DNA of 64,000 nt from an uncultured Candidatus Micrarchaeota archaeon (lineage in GTDB: Archaea > Micrarchaeota > Micrarchaeia > Micrarchaeales > Micrarchaeaceae): the NCBI GenBank assembly GCA_963741095.1, contig CAVUGN010000002.1, forward strand, positions 160,001 through 224,000. The letters run 5' to 3'. A program made the translations under genes and the position numbers. Below, in pieces: positions 37,885 to 47,600 of the stretch (positions are counted from its first letter, which is position 1; each line of letters begins with the position of its first letter). Under the pieces are notes generated by a model that was given only the letters and a program-made list of their open reading frames with translations, was not told the DNA's origin and made no database searches.

Positions 37885-38637
37885 TCACGATTTCAGGATT
37901 TCAATAACTTCATCGTGCAATCTTCCGTTCGTGGCTACGTTATGCCCGGAATATATGGTATCCTTACCTCCAAAGTCCGTGAACTTTCCACCCGCTTCCT
38001 CCACAATTATCTTTCCTGGAGCAACGTCCCACGGCTTTCCTCTATCTATGGCAATGTCGACAAAACCCTGCGCAAGAAGAACGTATCCAAGTGCGTCTCC
38101 ATAACCCCTATTGCTATAGCACCTGTTGATTATGCCAAAAATCCCCTTTGTGTACGGTTCTGTGCTTTTCTCATTAATGTCCCCATAAACGACATAAGCG
38201 TCTTCAAGATCTTCTGTTTTTGAGACCCGGACTTTTTTGTTGTTCACGAATGAACCTTCACCCAAGCCGGCATAAGCCAAAATGTCCAGTTCCGGTATGT
38301 TGATGACCCCTGCTATTATTCTTCCGCGTTTCTCCAACGCCACAAAATTTGAGAAGAACGGGACCCCGCGAATGAAATTCCTTGTCATGTCTAAAGGATC
38401 AATTATCCATTTGAATTCGGAATCTGTCTTCTCGTAAGTGAACTCCTCACCAAGGATATTGTGTTCTGGAAAGTGCTTTCTTACAATGGACACTATTTTG
38501 CGCTCGGATTCCTTGTCTGCAACCGTGACTGGGGATGCATCAGACTTCTTTTCGACCTTTATGTTTGTCCTAAAATATTTTTTTAGAATGCGACCAGAAG
38601 CAATCGAAGCTTCTATAGCGATATCAAGTTCCTTCAT
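37885..38637 (-). CDS. inositol monophosphatase / histidinol-phosphatase family
   Basis: SPVTVADKESE, ILGEE, WIIDPLDMT.NF (usual DGT is DMT here), PWDVA.G..IVEEAGG. Confidence 0.9.
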   Translation of the reverse strand: MKELDIAIEASIASGRILKKYFRTNIKVEKKSDASPVTVADKESERKIVSIVRKHFPEHNILGEEFTYEKTDSEFKWIIDPLDMTRNFIRGVPFFSNFVALEKRGRIIAGVINIPELDILAYAGLGEGSFVNNKKVRVSKTEDLEDAYVVYGDINEKSTEPYTKGIFGIINRCYSNRGYGDALGYVLLAQGFVDIAIDRGKPWDVAPGKIIVEEAGGKFTDFGGKDTIYSGHNVATNGRLHDEVIEILKS

Positions 38638-38668
38638 TATCCCATCCTTTAACTTGAACCATCATAAT

Positions 38669-38775
38669 AGCCCCAAGAGGGAATCAAACCCTCGACCTTT
38701 TGCTCTGTGGCTTTTGATAAAACTTTTACCAAAAGTTTTTACCATGCAAACGCTCTATCACTGAGCTACTGGGGC
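38669..38775 (-). tRNA. tRNA-Thr(GGT) with 35-nt canonical intron (38705-38739) and A19:U56
   Basis: GCCCCAG/TTGGGGC acceptor stem, U73, TTTGC/GCAAA stem, AT-GGT-AA loop after splicing. Confidence 0.9.
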
Positions 38776-38831
38776 AGCAGAATAATGATTGCGCAAGGAA
38801 TTTAATAAAAGTTTGCATAAGCAGCACCGAC

Positions 38832-39986
38832 TCACGGCGCGGTATAACCGGTGTTCCAATTGGAGTTATAAGTCAAACTAGTTGCTATACCATTGTTGCC
38901 AATTCCGCTCGCGTCATTGGGGTTGTTGTTGAGCATCCACCAACCGACACTGTTTGCCTTATTTATCGGAGTACCGCTTATGCCTTCATCATAGAGTTCC
39001 AGTACCTGTGTTGGTGACAGTGCAATGTTGTACATCTGTACGTTCGCCATCTTGCCATTAAAGAGGCTCCCTTCGCTGCCCGCACCTATGTAAATAGGGC
39101 CTGCGGTGTTATACGTAAGCGCTCCGGCGCTGGTATACTGCTGCCCATTGATATACTCATAAGTCGCACTGGCAGTTGAAACCCCCACAACATGATACCA
39201 AACTCCGGGAGTGATCTGTACACCTGGCGGGCTGCCCGCAGTAACGCACCTTTGGCCAAATCTAATGTTAGTGTCTCCTCCATAGTAAAGGAAAAATGCC
39301 CAACCGCCGCAGCTGTTCTGTCCATTAGCATTCGTCTGTTGCATCGGTGCAACTGTGCTCCCACTGTATGCGTTTGTCTGCAACCAAAAACTTACTGTCA
39401 AGCCCTGGGTGATTGCAAGCGAAGGGGTAACTGGAATATTGATATAACTACTTGCACCGTTGAACTGCGCTACGTACTGCGGTAGCGTAGGTGCCTGCGC
39501 CTGGGTCGTGAAGCTGCCAGCAAAGCTGAACGAATTCCCTGACTTGCACGTCGTGTTGGATATGTTGCCCACGCCGTTGGCACAGTAGTTCGCTGTCACG
39601 TTGAAGATGCCGGTGTATATCGTTCCAATTCCGGCCTTGAACGGGAAGGGAGCAATGCATGTAATGGTGTTGCCCGGAAGCACCTCCGTGGGCGAACACG
39701 TGCCTATCACCGCGAAATTGTTTATCTTCGCGTTGAACGAGCCTATGCTGATGACGGCGGGCTGAGCGTCAGTGAGCGATATCTCCAGCACCGAATTTCC
39801 AGCGGTCTGGTACAACACGTCGACACAGCTGAAGCCGCTGAACGCAGAGCACTGGAAGGGCAGTGTCTTGGTCGGGATAGAGGAGAACGCGAAGAGAAGG
39901 AATATCACTATAGCTATGATGAGGAAGACGAAGGCGTACGTCGAGACGAACTCTATCGCCGACTGTGCCTTGCTGTTGCGGTGCAT
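38832..39986 (-). CDS. class III signal peptide pilin-like protein with C-terminal LamG/ConA-like lectin domain
   Basis: KAQSAIEF plus hydrophobic helix; FNGASSYI, TVSFW, WYHVVGV, YING, IYIG, FNG.MANVQMYN.ALS. Confidence 0.88.
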   Translation of the reverse strand: MHRNSKAQSAIEFVSTYAFVFLIIAIVIFLLFAFSSIPTKTLPFQCSAFSGFSCVDVLYQTAGNSVLEISLTDAQPAVISIGSFNAKINNFAVIGTCSPTEVLPGNTITCIAPFPFKAGIGTIYTGIFNVTANYCANGVGNISNTTCKSGNSFSFAGSFTTQAQAPTLPQYVAQFNGASSYINIPVTPSLAITQGLTVSFWLQTNAYSGSTVAPMQQTNANGQNSCGGWAFFLYYGGDTNIRFGQRCVTAGSPPGVQITPGVWYHVVGVSTASATYEYINGQQYTSAGALTYNTAGPIYIGAGSEGSLFNGKMANVQMYNIALSPTQVLELYDEGISGTPINKANSVGWWMLNNNPNDASGIGNNGIATSLTYNSNWNTGYTAP

Positions 39987-40036
39987 ACTCTATTATAAAA
40001 TGAATAACTTATTAAAGAATATTAAAAGTGCGGAGC

Positions 40037-40843
40037 ATGGATTACGAAGAATACAAGGCTGCAGTCAAGGGCATCGTGGCCTCAAAAAGGCTGGGTCAGA
40101 GCTTTCTGATGGACAACAGCGTGGCCAAGGCCGAGGCTGAGTACGCAAGAAACAGAACAGTCATAGAGCTTGGGGCAGGCATGGGCGTGCTCACTGGCGA
40201 GCTTTGCAAGGTTGCCAAGAAGGTCATAGCCGTGGAGTACGACGAGCGCCTCTTCGAATTCCTCATCGAGAACGTCAAGAGCAAGAACCTCGAGCTCCTC
40301 AAGGGCGACTTCTTCGAGCTTCAAAGCAAGAAGTTCGAAGCCGCGGACATAATGGTCTCGAACATACCCTACAACCTATCTAGCAAGGTGCTGATGTGGC
40401 TTGCCGACCGCTCCCTACCCGCTGTGCTTTGCCTGCAGAAGGAATTCGTAGAGCACATGCTCGCAAAGCCGGACACGAAGAGCTATTCAAGATTGAGCGT
40501 CGTGTCGAATCTCAGCTTCCAGATGCACAGGCTGATGAGCGTGAGCCCGGACAAGTTCTATCCCCAGCCCAGGGTGACATCGGAGATAGTCTACCTTAGG
40601 CCGACGGGCAAGAAGATCAGCAAAAACGAGTCGGAGATGATAAACCTGCTGATGATGCACAAGAAGAAGAAGCTCAGGAACGCCGTGATAGACTCTGCGC
40701 ACGCGCTGAAGATGGAAAAGAGCCGCGCATCGGAGATAGCGGACGGCATGACGAATAAAGAGACGCGCCCGTTCCAGATGGAACCAGAGAAAATACTGGG
40801 CGCGGCTCGCGAGTTGAGGAAGCTGCTAAAGAAATCAGAATGA
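40037..40843 (+). CDS. rsmA: 16S rRNA adenine dimethyltransferase
   Basis: LGQSFL, IELGAG.G.LT, VSNIPY, QKEF, YSRLSV, F.P.P.V.S. Confidence 0.95.
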   Translation: MDYEEYKAAVKGIVASKRLGQSFLMDNSVAKAEAEYARNRTVIELGAGMGVLTGELCKVAKKVIAVEYDERLFEFLIENVKSKNLELLKGDFFELQSKKFEAADIMVSNIPYNLSSKVLMWLADRSLPAVLCLQKEFVEHMLAKPDTKSYSRLSVVSNLSFQMHRLMSVSPDKFYPQPRVTSEIVYLRPTGKKISKNESEMINLLMMHKKKKLRNAVIDSAHALKMEKSRASEIADGMTNKETRPFQMEPEKILGAARELRKLLKKSE

Positions 40844-41497
40844 GAAGGCCGGATTCTGCTCCTTCATTACGCGGCAGTTGGGAAGCTCCCGCATGAACTT
40901 GTCCTCCGCCCTTTTCGCGCCATCCTCGCCGAGCAGCCTCTTGTAATGCATCGGCACGAAGAACTTCGGCTTGATCGCCTTCACCGCCCTTATCGCATCG
41001 TCCTCGTCCATCGTGTACTTGCCTCCTACTGGCAGGAGCGCGGCGTAGATGTTTTTCAGGCTACTCATCTCCGGTATGAAGTCCGTGTCTCCCGCATGGT
41101 AGATTCTCATGCCTTCGACATCCACTATGTAGCCGACGCCCATCTTCGCCCGAGGGTGGAAGCTCTGCTTTTCTGCAGCAATGTTGTAGGCCGGCACGGC
41201 TTCGATGCCGATGCCGTGGAAGTCGGTCTTGAATCCGGGCTCTGCAACCTGCAGGTTCCTGTACTCGCCAGCATCCAGGCAGCCCGGAGCGGCTATTATC
41301 ATCGAATCCTTCTTCATGACTTTTGCTATGTCCTCCTTGCTGCAGTGGTCGAAGTGCGCATGGGTTATCAGCACAAGATCGGCGCGTCCTTTCACGGAAT
41401 CGGGCAGATGGTAAGGGTCTATGAATATGGCATAGCCCTTCGCCTTTATGCAGAAACTCGCATGGCCCAGATAAAAAAGGATGTCCTCAAGCTCCAT
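40835..41497 (-). CDS. MBL-fold metallohydrolase
   Basis: LGHASF, IDP, THAHFDH, YHAGDT, LPVGG.YTM, PMHY. Confidence 0.9.
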   Translation of the reverse strand: MELEDILFYLGHASFCIKAKGYAIFIDPYHLPDSVKGRADLVLITHAHFDHCSKEDIAKVMKKDSMIIAAPGCLDAGEYRNLQVAEPGFKTDFHGIGIEAVPAYNIAAEKQSFHPRAKMGVGYIVDVEGMRIYHAGDTDFIPEMSSLKNIYAALLPVGGKYTMDEDDAIRAVKAIKPKFFVPMHYKRLLGEDGAKRAEDKFMRELPNCRVMKEQNPAFSF

Positions 41498-41608
41498 CAA
41501 ACCACGCATCACATTCGGCGCCGCAAAAGAAATAACTTTCTCCTCTCCTGCGCACATCGCAAGGGATAAATATATTGGGAGCGTTGTAGAGAGCAAGGGG
41601 GTGCACGG

Positions 41609-44600
41609 ATGAAGAACCTTTTGCGCATTTCGTTCTTTCTGCTGCTATCGCTGCTGGCCCTGTCATCGGTTTCAAAGATTTCCGTGGCTGCACCGGGAAT
41701 AATGGTGCCCTACTACATAGACCTGTCAAATTCGGCATCGCTCAATGAGCTTATCTCGGCGCACACCAGCAATCCCTCCGTGCCCATGATAGTCATAGTC
41801 AATCTGGGCAATCCTGGCGGCCCAGGCACCTCATCAAGCCCAACATCCCTTTCGGCAATACAGCAGATGCAGAATTCCGGCATAACGGTCGTGGGGTACG
41901 TTGACACGGACTACGGCGCGATATCCCAAAGCACGGAAGAGACCGAGATGCAGGAATGGAAAAGCTGGTACGGCGTGACCGGCATATTCTTCGATGAGAT
42001 GGCTGCCAGCTCGGGCTATGAAACATATTACACCACGCTGACGTCATACGCAAAATCCACACTTGGAATGTCCCTTACGATAGGAAACCCCGGCGGACCC
42101 ACACAGTCGAGCTACGTTCATACGGTCGACATCATAACAATATACGAATCTCCAGGCATGCCGAGCACCGGCAGTCTCAACACCTTCGGCGATCCCGCCA
42201 GCAACTTTGCACTCATCGCCTACGGCGTCCCTTCAGCGCCTTCCGCTTCAACACTCAGCAGCTACTCACCGTACGTTAGCTACCTGTATGTCACAGATGC
42301 GAGCGGCGGCAATCCCTACGACGTACTGCCCTCATATTTTTCATCAGAAGTTGCGGCGCTCAACACTGGCGGCGCCACCACCACGTCCACATCCTCTAGT
42401 TCATCATCCTCAACAATCGCGACCAATCCCTGCACCACATGCGAGGACAACTGCCTGGCTGGCTGCGGCAGCGACATCGGCTGCGCCACCAACTGCGGCG
42501 GAGGCGCCGGCGAAACGTGCTATGCTGCTTGCAGCAGCGGCACCACCGCTCCCACAACCACGATTCCAACCGATCCATGCACCGCCTGCGAAGACAATTG
42601 CCTGTCGGGCTGCGGCAGCAACATCGGTTGCGCTACAAACTGCGGCGGCGGCCCGGGCGAGACGTGTTATAATGCCTGCGGCACCACAACCGTGCCCACA
42701 ACCACTATTCCAACCGATTCATGCACCGCCTGCGAGGACAACTGCCTTGCGGACTGCGGCAGCGACCTTGGTTGTGCTGCGAGTTGCGGTGGCAGCTTCG
42801 GCGAGACGTGCTATGTCGCCTGTGGCAGCACTGTAACTTCGATCCCTACAACAACCATTCCCCAGGGCCAGTCTGGAACATGCGTCGGCGGCGATCCTAC
42901 CAGCCCCTGCACCTTCCTCGACGCTGTGGAATCATCCACCACCTACGATGGGGCTGGAGGGGGAACGATAGTGCAATTGCCTCCAAACACAAATCCGAGC
43001 CCGTTGCCGATAATAAGCGAGGTCCTGCAGCAGAACGCGCAGGACGCCCAATTCCTCCTGACCTGCCCCAACAACCCAGATGCTTCGCAGACGTTGGAGT
43101 ACCTCACCTCGGATCTGCCCGGCCAGACGTCCTACATAATGGGCGACAAATGCCTCGCCGAAAGCGCGCCGCTTCAGACATCGGTCGCGCGGCAGATAGT
43201 GGTCTCATGGTCCGGCTATGTGCCCGCGAGCTCGACCGCATCGGTCGCGTTTGACAATCTCGCCATCGGGGCGGTGAGCAATCTGGCCTATTCCGGCGGC
43301 TCCGATACGAACGGGAACAGAAACTACAATCTATCAAACGGTTATGACTCTGCTTCGTACATATCCGGCCAGGTGCCAGCCAGCCCGCAGTACGGCATCT
43401 GGACATGGAATGCGGAGTACGCCAACTTAGCGGCTGTAAATGCGGGCCTGTCTGCTCTCCAGACTCCGGACGCACTGACGAACCTTCAGATACTCGACAT
43501 CAACCAGCACCAGTTCTCCGGAAATCCGTTGTACTGCAAGAGCACGCTCGAATACACCTCTCCATGCGGCGCAACGACCACAAGCACATCAAGCATCGGC
43601 TCCACCACGACGACCTCCTCCACCTATGGTCCCTGCGGTGAATACAGCGTATCCTACATAGATCCCACCACGGGGGAGATAACCTGCGTGAGCGGCCATA
43701 CTACCGCTCCGTTGCCGGTGAGGCAGTACCAACCGGTCAACTCTGTCGCGCCAGCTTCGGTCAACGCCTCGAACCTCCACACACCGAAAACAATGGCTAA
43801 CGTGGGCGACGATTCTGGCGGTGGGGATTGTGTCAGTGATGCCGTTCCAGATTGCGGTGGGAATCCATACTACGTGCGCAGTCTGGTCCCGACAAACTAC
43901 TACTGGAGTTGCAGCTATCTTTACAACTATCAGGTGAACGCGGAGGTCAGCAACCTCGGCAACACCCAGATACCTGTGCCGGTGCAGACCGCCACGCTGC
44001 CGCAAAAGCCCTACCTGCTCATGAACAACTTCCCCTACGGCGGTTTCGTCGAACAAAGTCTGCCAGGCTCTTGCTCGGATCTGGATCTCTTCCACGGAAC
44101 TCCCTGCGACGACTGGACCAAAATATCGAGCTCGGCCACCCTTTATCTGGCGAACGGCAAAAAGTACGGGGTGAACGTCTATGTCGATCCCGCGGATCCA
44201 AGCAACTACTGGACAGTCTATTCGACCAGCTGGTTCGGCTATATCGGCTTCAGCCTCCATACCGGGTTCGTCCCGATCACAAGCCTGACGTACAAATCCG
44301 TGGGTGCGCTGCCCTACCTGCTGTACAACATATCCATGCCCGCGGAAATCGGTGCAATCAACAACAGAGAGGAATACCTCAATCTGTCGTACGACATCTA
44401 CAGCCCGCACAACTATCTCGACCCGGCAAATTACCTAGAACCGTTGCCATTGTCGACGGATTCCGGCTTATTTGCGGCGTACAAGAGTGGCAGTGCAACC
44501 GATCTTGGCATCTTCCCGTCAAACATGCTATCGCTCTCGAATCCGTACGTGGCGGGCCTGGACGAGGCTGTGACCAGCTTCCTGAGCTCGATTATCAACC

Positions 44601-47600
44601 TGCCTGCCGGCCTTTCGTCCTTGGCCATCTTCGGCTCAAATGTCAGGGTGGGCAACTATTACACCGGCGTACTGGCAAACCCGATATACCTGTCGGCGGC
44701 GCCGAACGATTACATATACGCGCTGACGTCCGCAGAGCCCTGCACGTTCTGGATACTCGGCTGCAACCAGCACATATACCTCTACACCATGCGCTTCATA
44801 CCCGCGGGCGACCTTAACCTGACGAACAACCAGCCGAACGCGCTAGGCCCCATAACCTGCGCAGATTCCTCGACCTGCCCCGATGCCTGGAATGCCCTGT
44901 GGACCAGTTCATCCGGCTACTGGGCAAACTCGCTCCGCGAGCAGTCGCAGAACCTCTACGTGACGAACGTTTACCCGATCAGCTCCACCGGCTCATCGTT
45001 CTGGGCGAGCGGCAACTGGCAGCATGATGCCGCAAACAACAATCCATCCATAGCGCCGACGGCGGTCACGACCGATTATGACGATGACCTGTTCATGCTC
45101 GGCTGCGACAACGGCAGCTGCAGCAACTTCAAGTTCGCGGAAATGATTCCGGGCGCCGGAGGAGGCAATTACATATACGATGCCGGCCAAACGCCGGCCG
45201 GTTTCAAGGCCACCGGCGAGCTCGCCGCAGACCCGGACGGGCAGTACGTGTACGTCGCCGGCGAGAACTACGGCAACGTCCTAGTGTACGGCACGCCACC
45301 GAATTCAAACTTCATCTATCTGTCGAGCGTGCCGCTGTCGTTTTCAAATCCAGCCTACAATTTCAACGTGGTGTCCTATCTAGCCAGCGGCGGCCCGTTC
45401 GGCAACGCGCTCATCGCCAGCGCCTACTCCAACATTGCCGGGGTCAACGACGTCTCGTCAAACCACCACCCCCTGGCCATAAGCGAGTATGACGGTTTCC
45501 TGTACGTCCTTGACAATTGGACATTCAAAGTGCCAGTAAACGTGAACGGCGCACTGGAGGAGATGAGCTCTGCGATACTGCTAGTGAGAGCCTTCACCGA
45601 AAACGGCATGGAGGTGCCGATAGACGGATCATCAATGAATTATCTGGTTCCGGCATTCGGGGGCGCGGTAAGCACCACGACCGGCGTATCTGTGCCACAG
45701 GGAGGTTGGGCTCCGTACGGATGGCCTATCTCCGCGAACATAATGGTCACTCCCTTTGCGCCCGATGGCGGCGCCGTACCGACCCACATATCCTACTGCG
45801 CGGCAGGCTGCACCTACTCGCCGAACACGATAAGCACGGGCTATCCGCCGATAGGTCCTGCCATAAGCGAGGATGGGCGCATCGCGGAGTCCGGCAAAAA
45901 TGCGGACCTCGGCTTTTCCACGGACTTCAACGGCACTTCATACATGATAGCGCACGACTACAACTGGGTTGACGGCGTTCCAGGCGTCTCGACCTGCTCT
46001 TCCTGTTCGTCGTCGTACACCGAATTGCTGTCGTTCAAACTCAACCTGCTCAACTACACGACGCTGTCGTACGGGGCCAATTCGCCATACACCTGCTACA
46101 TCGGCGGCAACACCGTCGTGTATCCTAGCACGCCATGCACCTACGACACCACCAGCAACATAGTGGACATATACGCGCCCATACTCGGCGTGCCCAGCTC
46201 ATTCGACTATGTCGAGAGCGAGGGGTCGCCGCAGCAGTTCACTTCGATCACCGGCCTGCTCACTTCAAGCGTGCCCGGCGGCGTCGACACCAGCCAGTAT
46301 AGCGGCAAGGCCACGCAGCAGCCCATCACCGCTTCCTGCGTCGACGGCACCACCGGCGAGAGCACAGGCACGCCCCTATGCGCCAGGAGCAGCGAAACTC
46401 CGGCCTGCGCCAGCTCCACAACCCTGTCCTGCACCTCTGGCGGAACGCCCACCTGCCCCTCCGGGGCTCCAACCTGCACCGATGTGACCACCAACATATT
46501 CTGCTCGAACGGGGACCAGGGCGCGGTTCCGACCTGCGCCGATTTAAGCAACCCCACCTGCGTTTCAACCGGCGGATCCACCAACAAGCCGGAATGCGCG
46601 GACAAAAGCGCGCCACTCTGCACCCCGACTGATCCCAACCAGCCCCTGGGGACTGCGGAGTGCAGCACCCAGGTGCAGCCCCTTTGCCCCGACGGCACCA
46701 CCCTTCCATCGTGCAACACGGAAACTGATCCGTCCAACGCGCCGCAGTGCAACACCGGCCTGCAGGTCCAGTGCCCATCCGGCCTGAGCGCGACGCCATG
46801 CGCTTCGCCTGGCAGCGCGCCGACCTGCCTGTCCCTCAACACCCTGCCCCCTCCGCCCGGCGGCACCGGCGTCTCCGCGATCATGAACACCTATGTCAAC
46901 AGCGTGATAACCGGCTACCTTCTAGTGCCTTACCACTACACCTACCAGATGTGGCAGCAGTGGTCCCCAGATCCGATTCCAACAGGGTCCGTGTACTCCT
47001 CGTACAGCTTCAACCCGGGCGATGACGTGATGGTAAACGGTGCCCTTCCGGGAGACGATTTCTCTGGCACGCTGTGCCCACCGTTCACGCTCCCGCCCCC
47101 TGTGCCCGCACCCAACGCAGGGGTAGCGACCCTGACTGATCAAGCCAATACCATCTACACGATGAACCAGGTCAACATGCAGAGCAACTACCTGCAGGAC
47201 GACATACAGGGTGGGGACACCTACCTGCAACTTGGTGAGCTCTCGCAGATCAACCAGGCCTATTACACCTCAAATCTTTCCGATGCTGGGACGGTCACGT
47301 ATCCGGACCTAAGCTACAACATATTCACCAACAGGTGGTACGGGGAGATGTTCGTAAACCAGACCATCGGCCCACAGAATTTTGTGCCGGTGGTGCTTGC
47401 CGGCGCACAGGTCATGAACGCGGTGCAGACCGACAACTACTGGCTTGAAGACTACGTGCAGCAGGAAGCAAACGGCCAGACCTTCCCTGCCTATGCGGCC
47501 CAGGATGTCCTGCCTTTGGCAAGCCCGAAAATAGGCGCGGACTGCGGAGGCACGGGATGCCCGGCTAACTACTACTACGATCCCCTGCTTTCTCCCCTGT

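Noticed and set aside
42431-42823. Regularly spaced DNA repeats as a CRISPR array
   Set aside because: In-frame coding repeats of 144-147 nt with synonymous variation; no spacers or cas genes.
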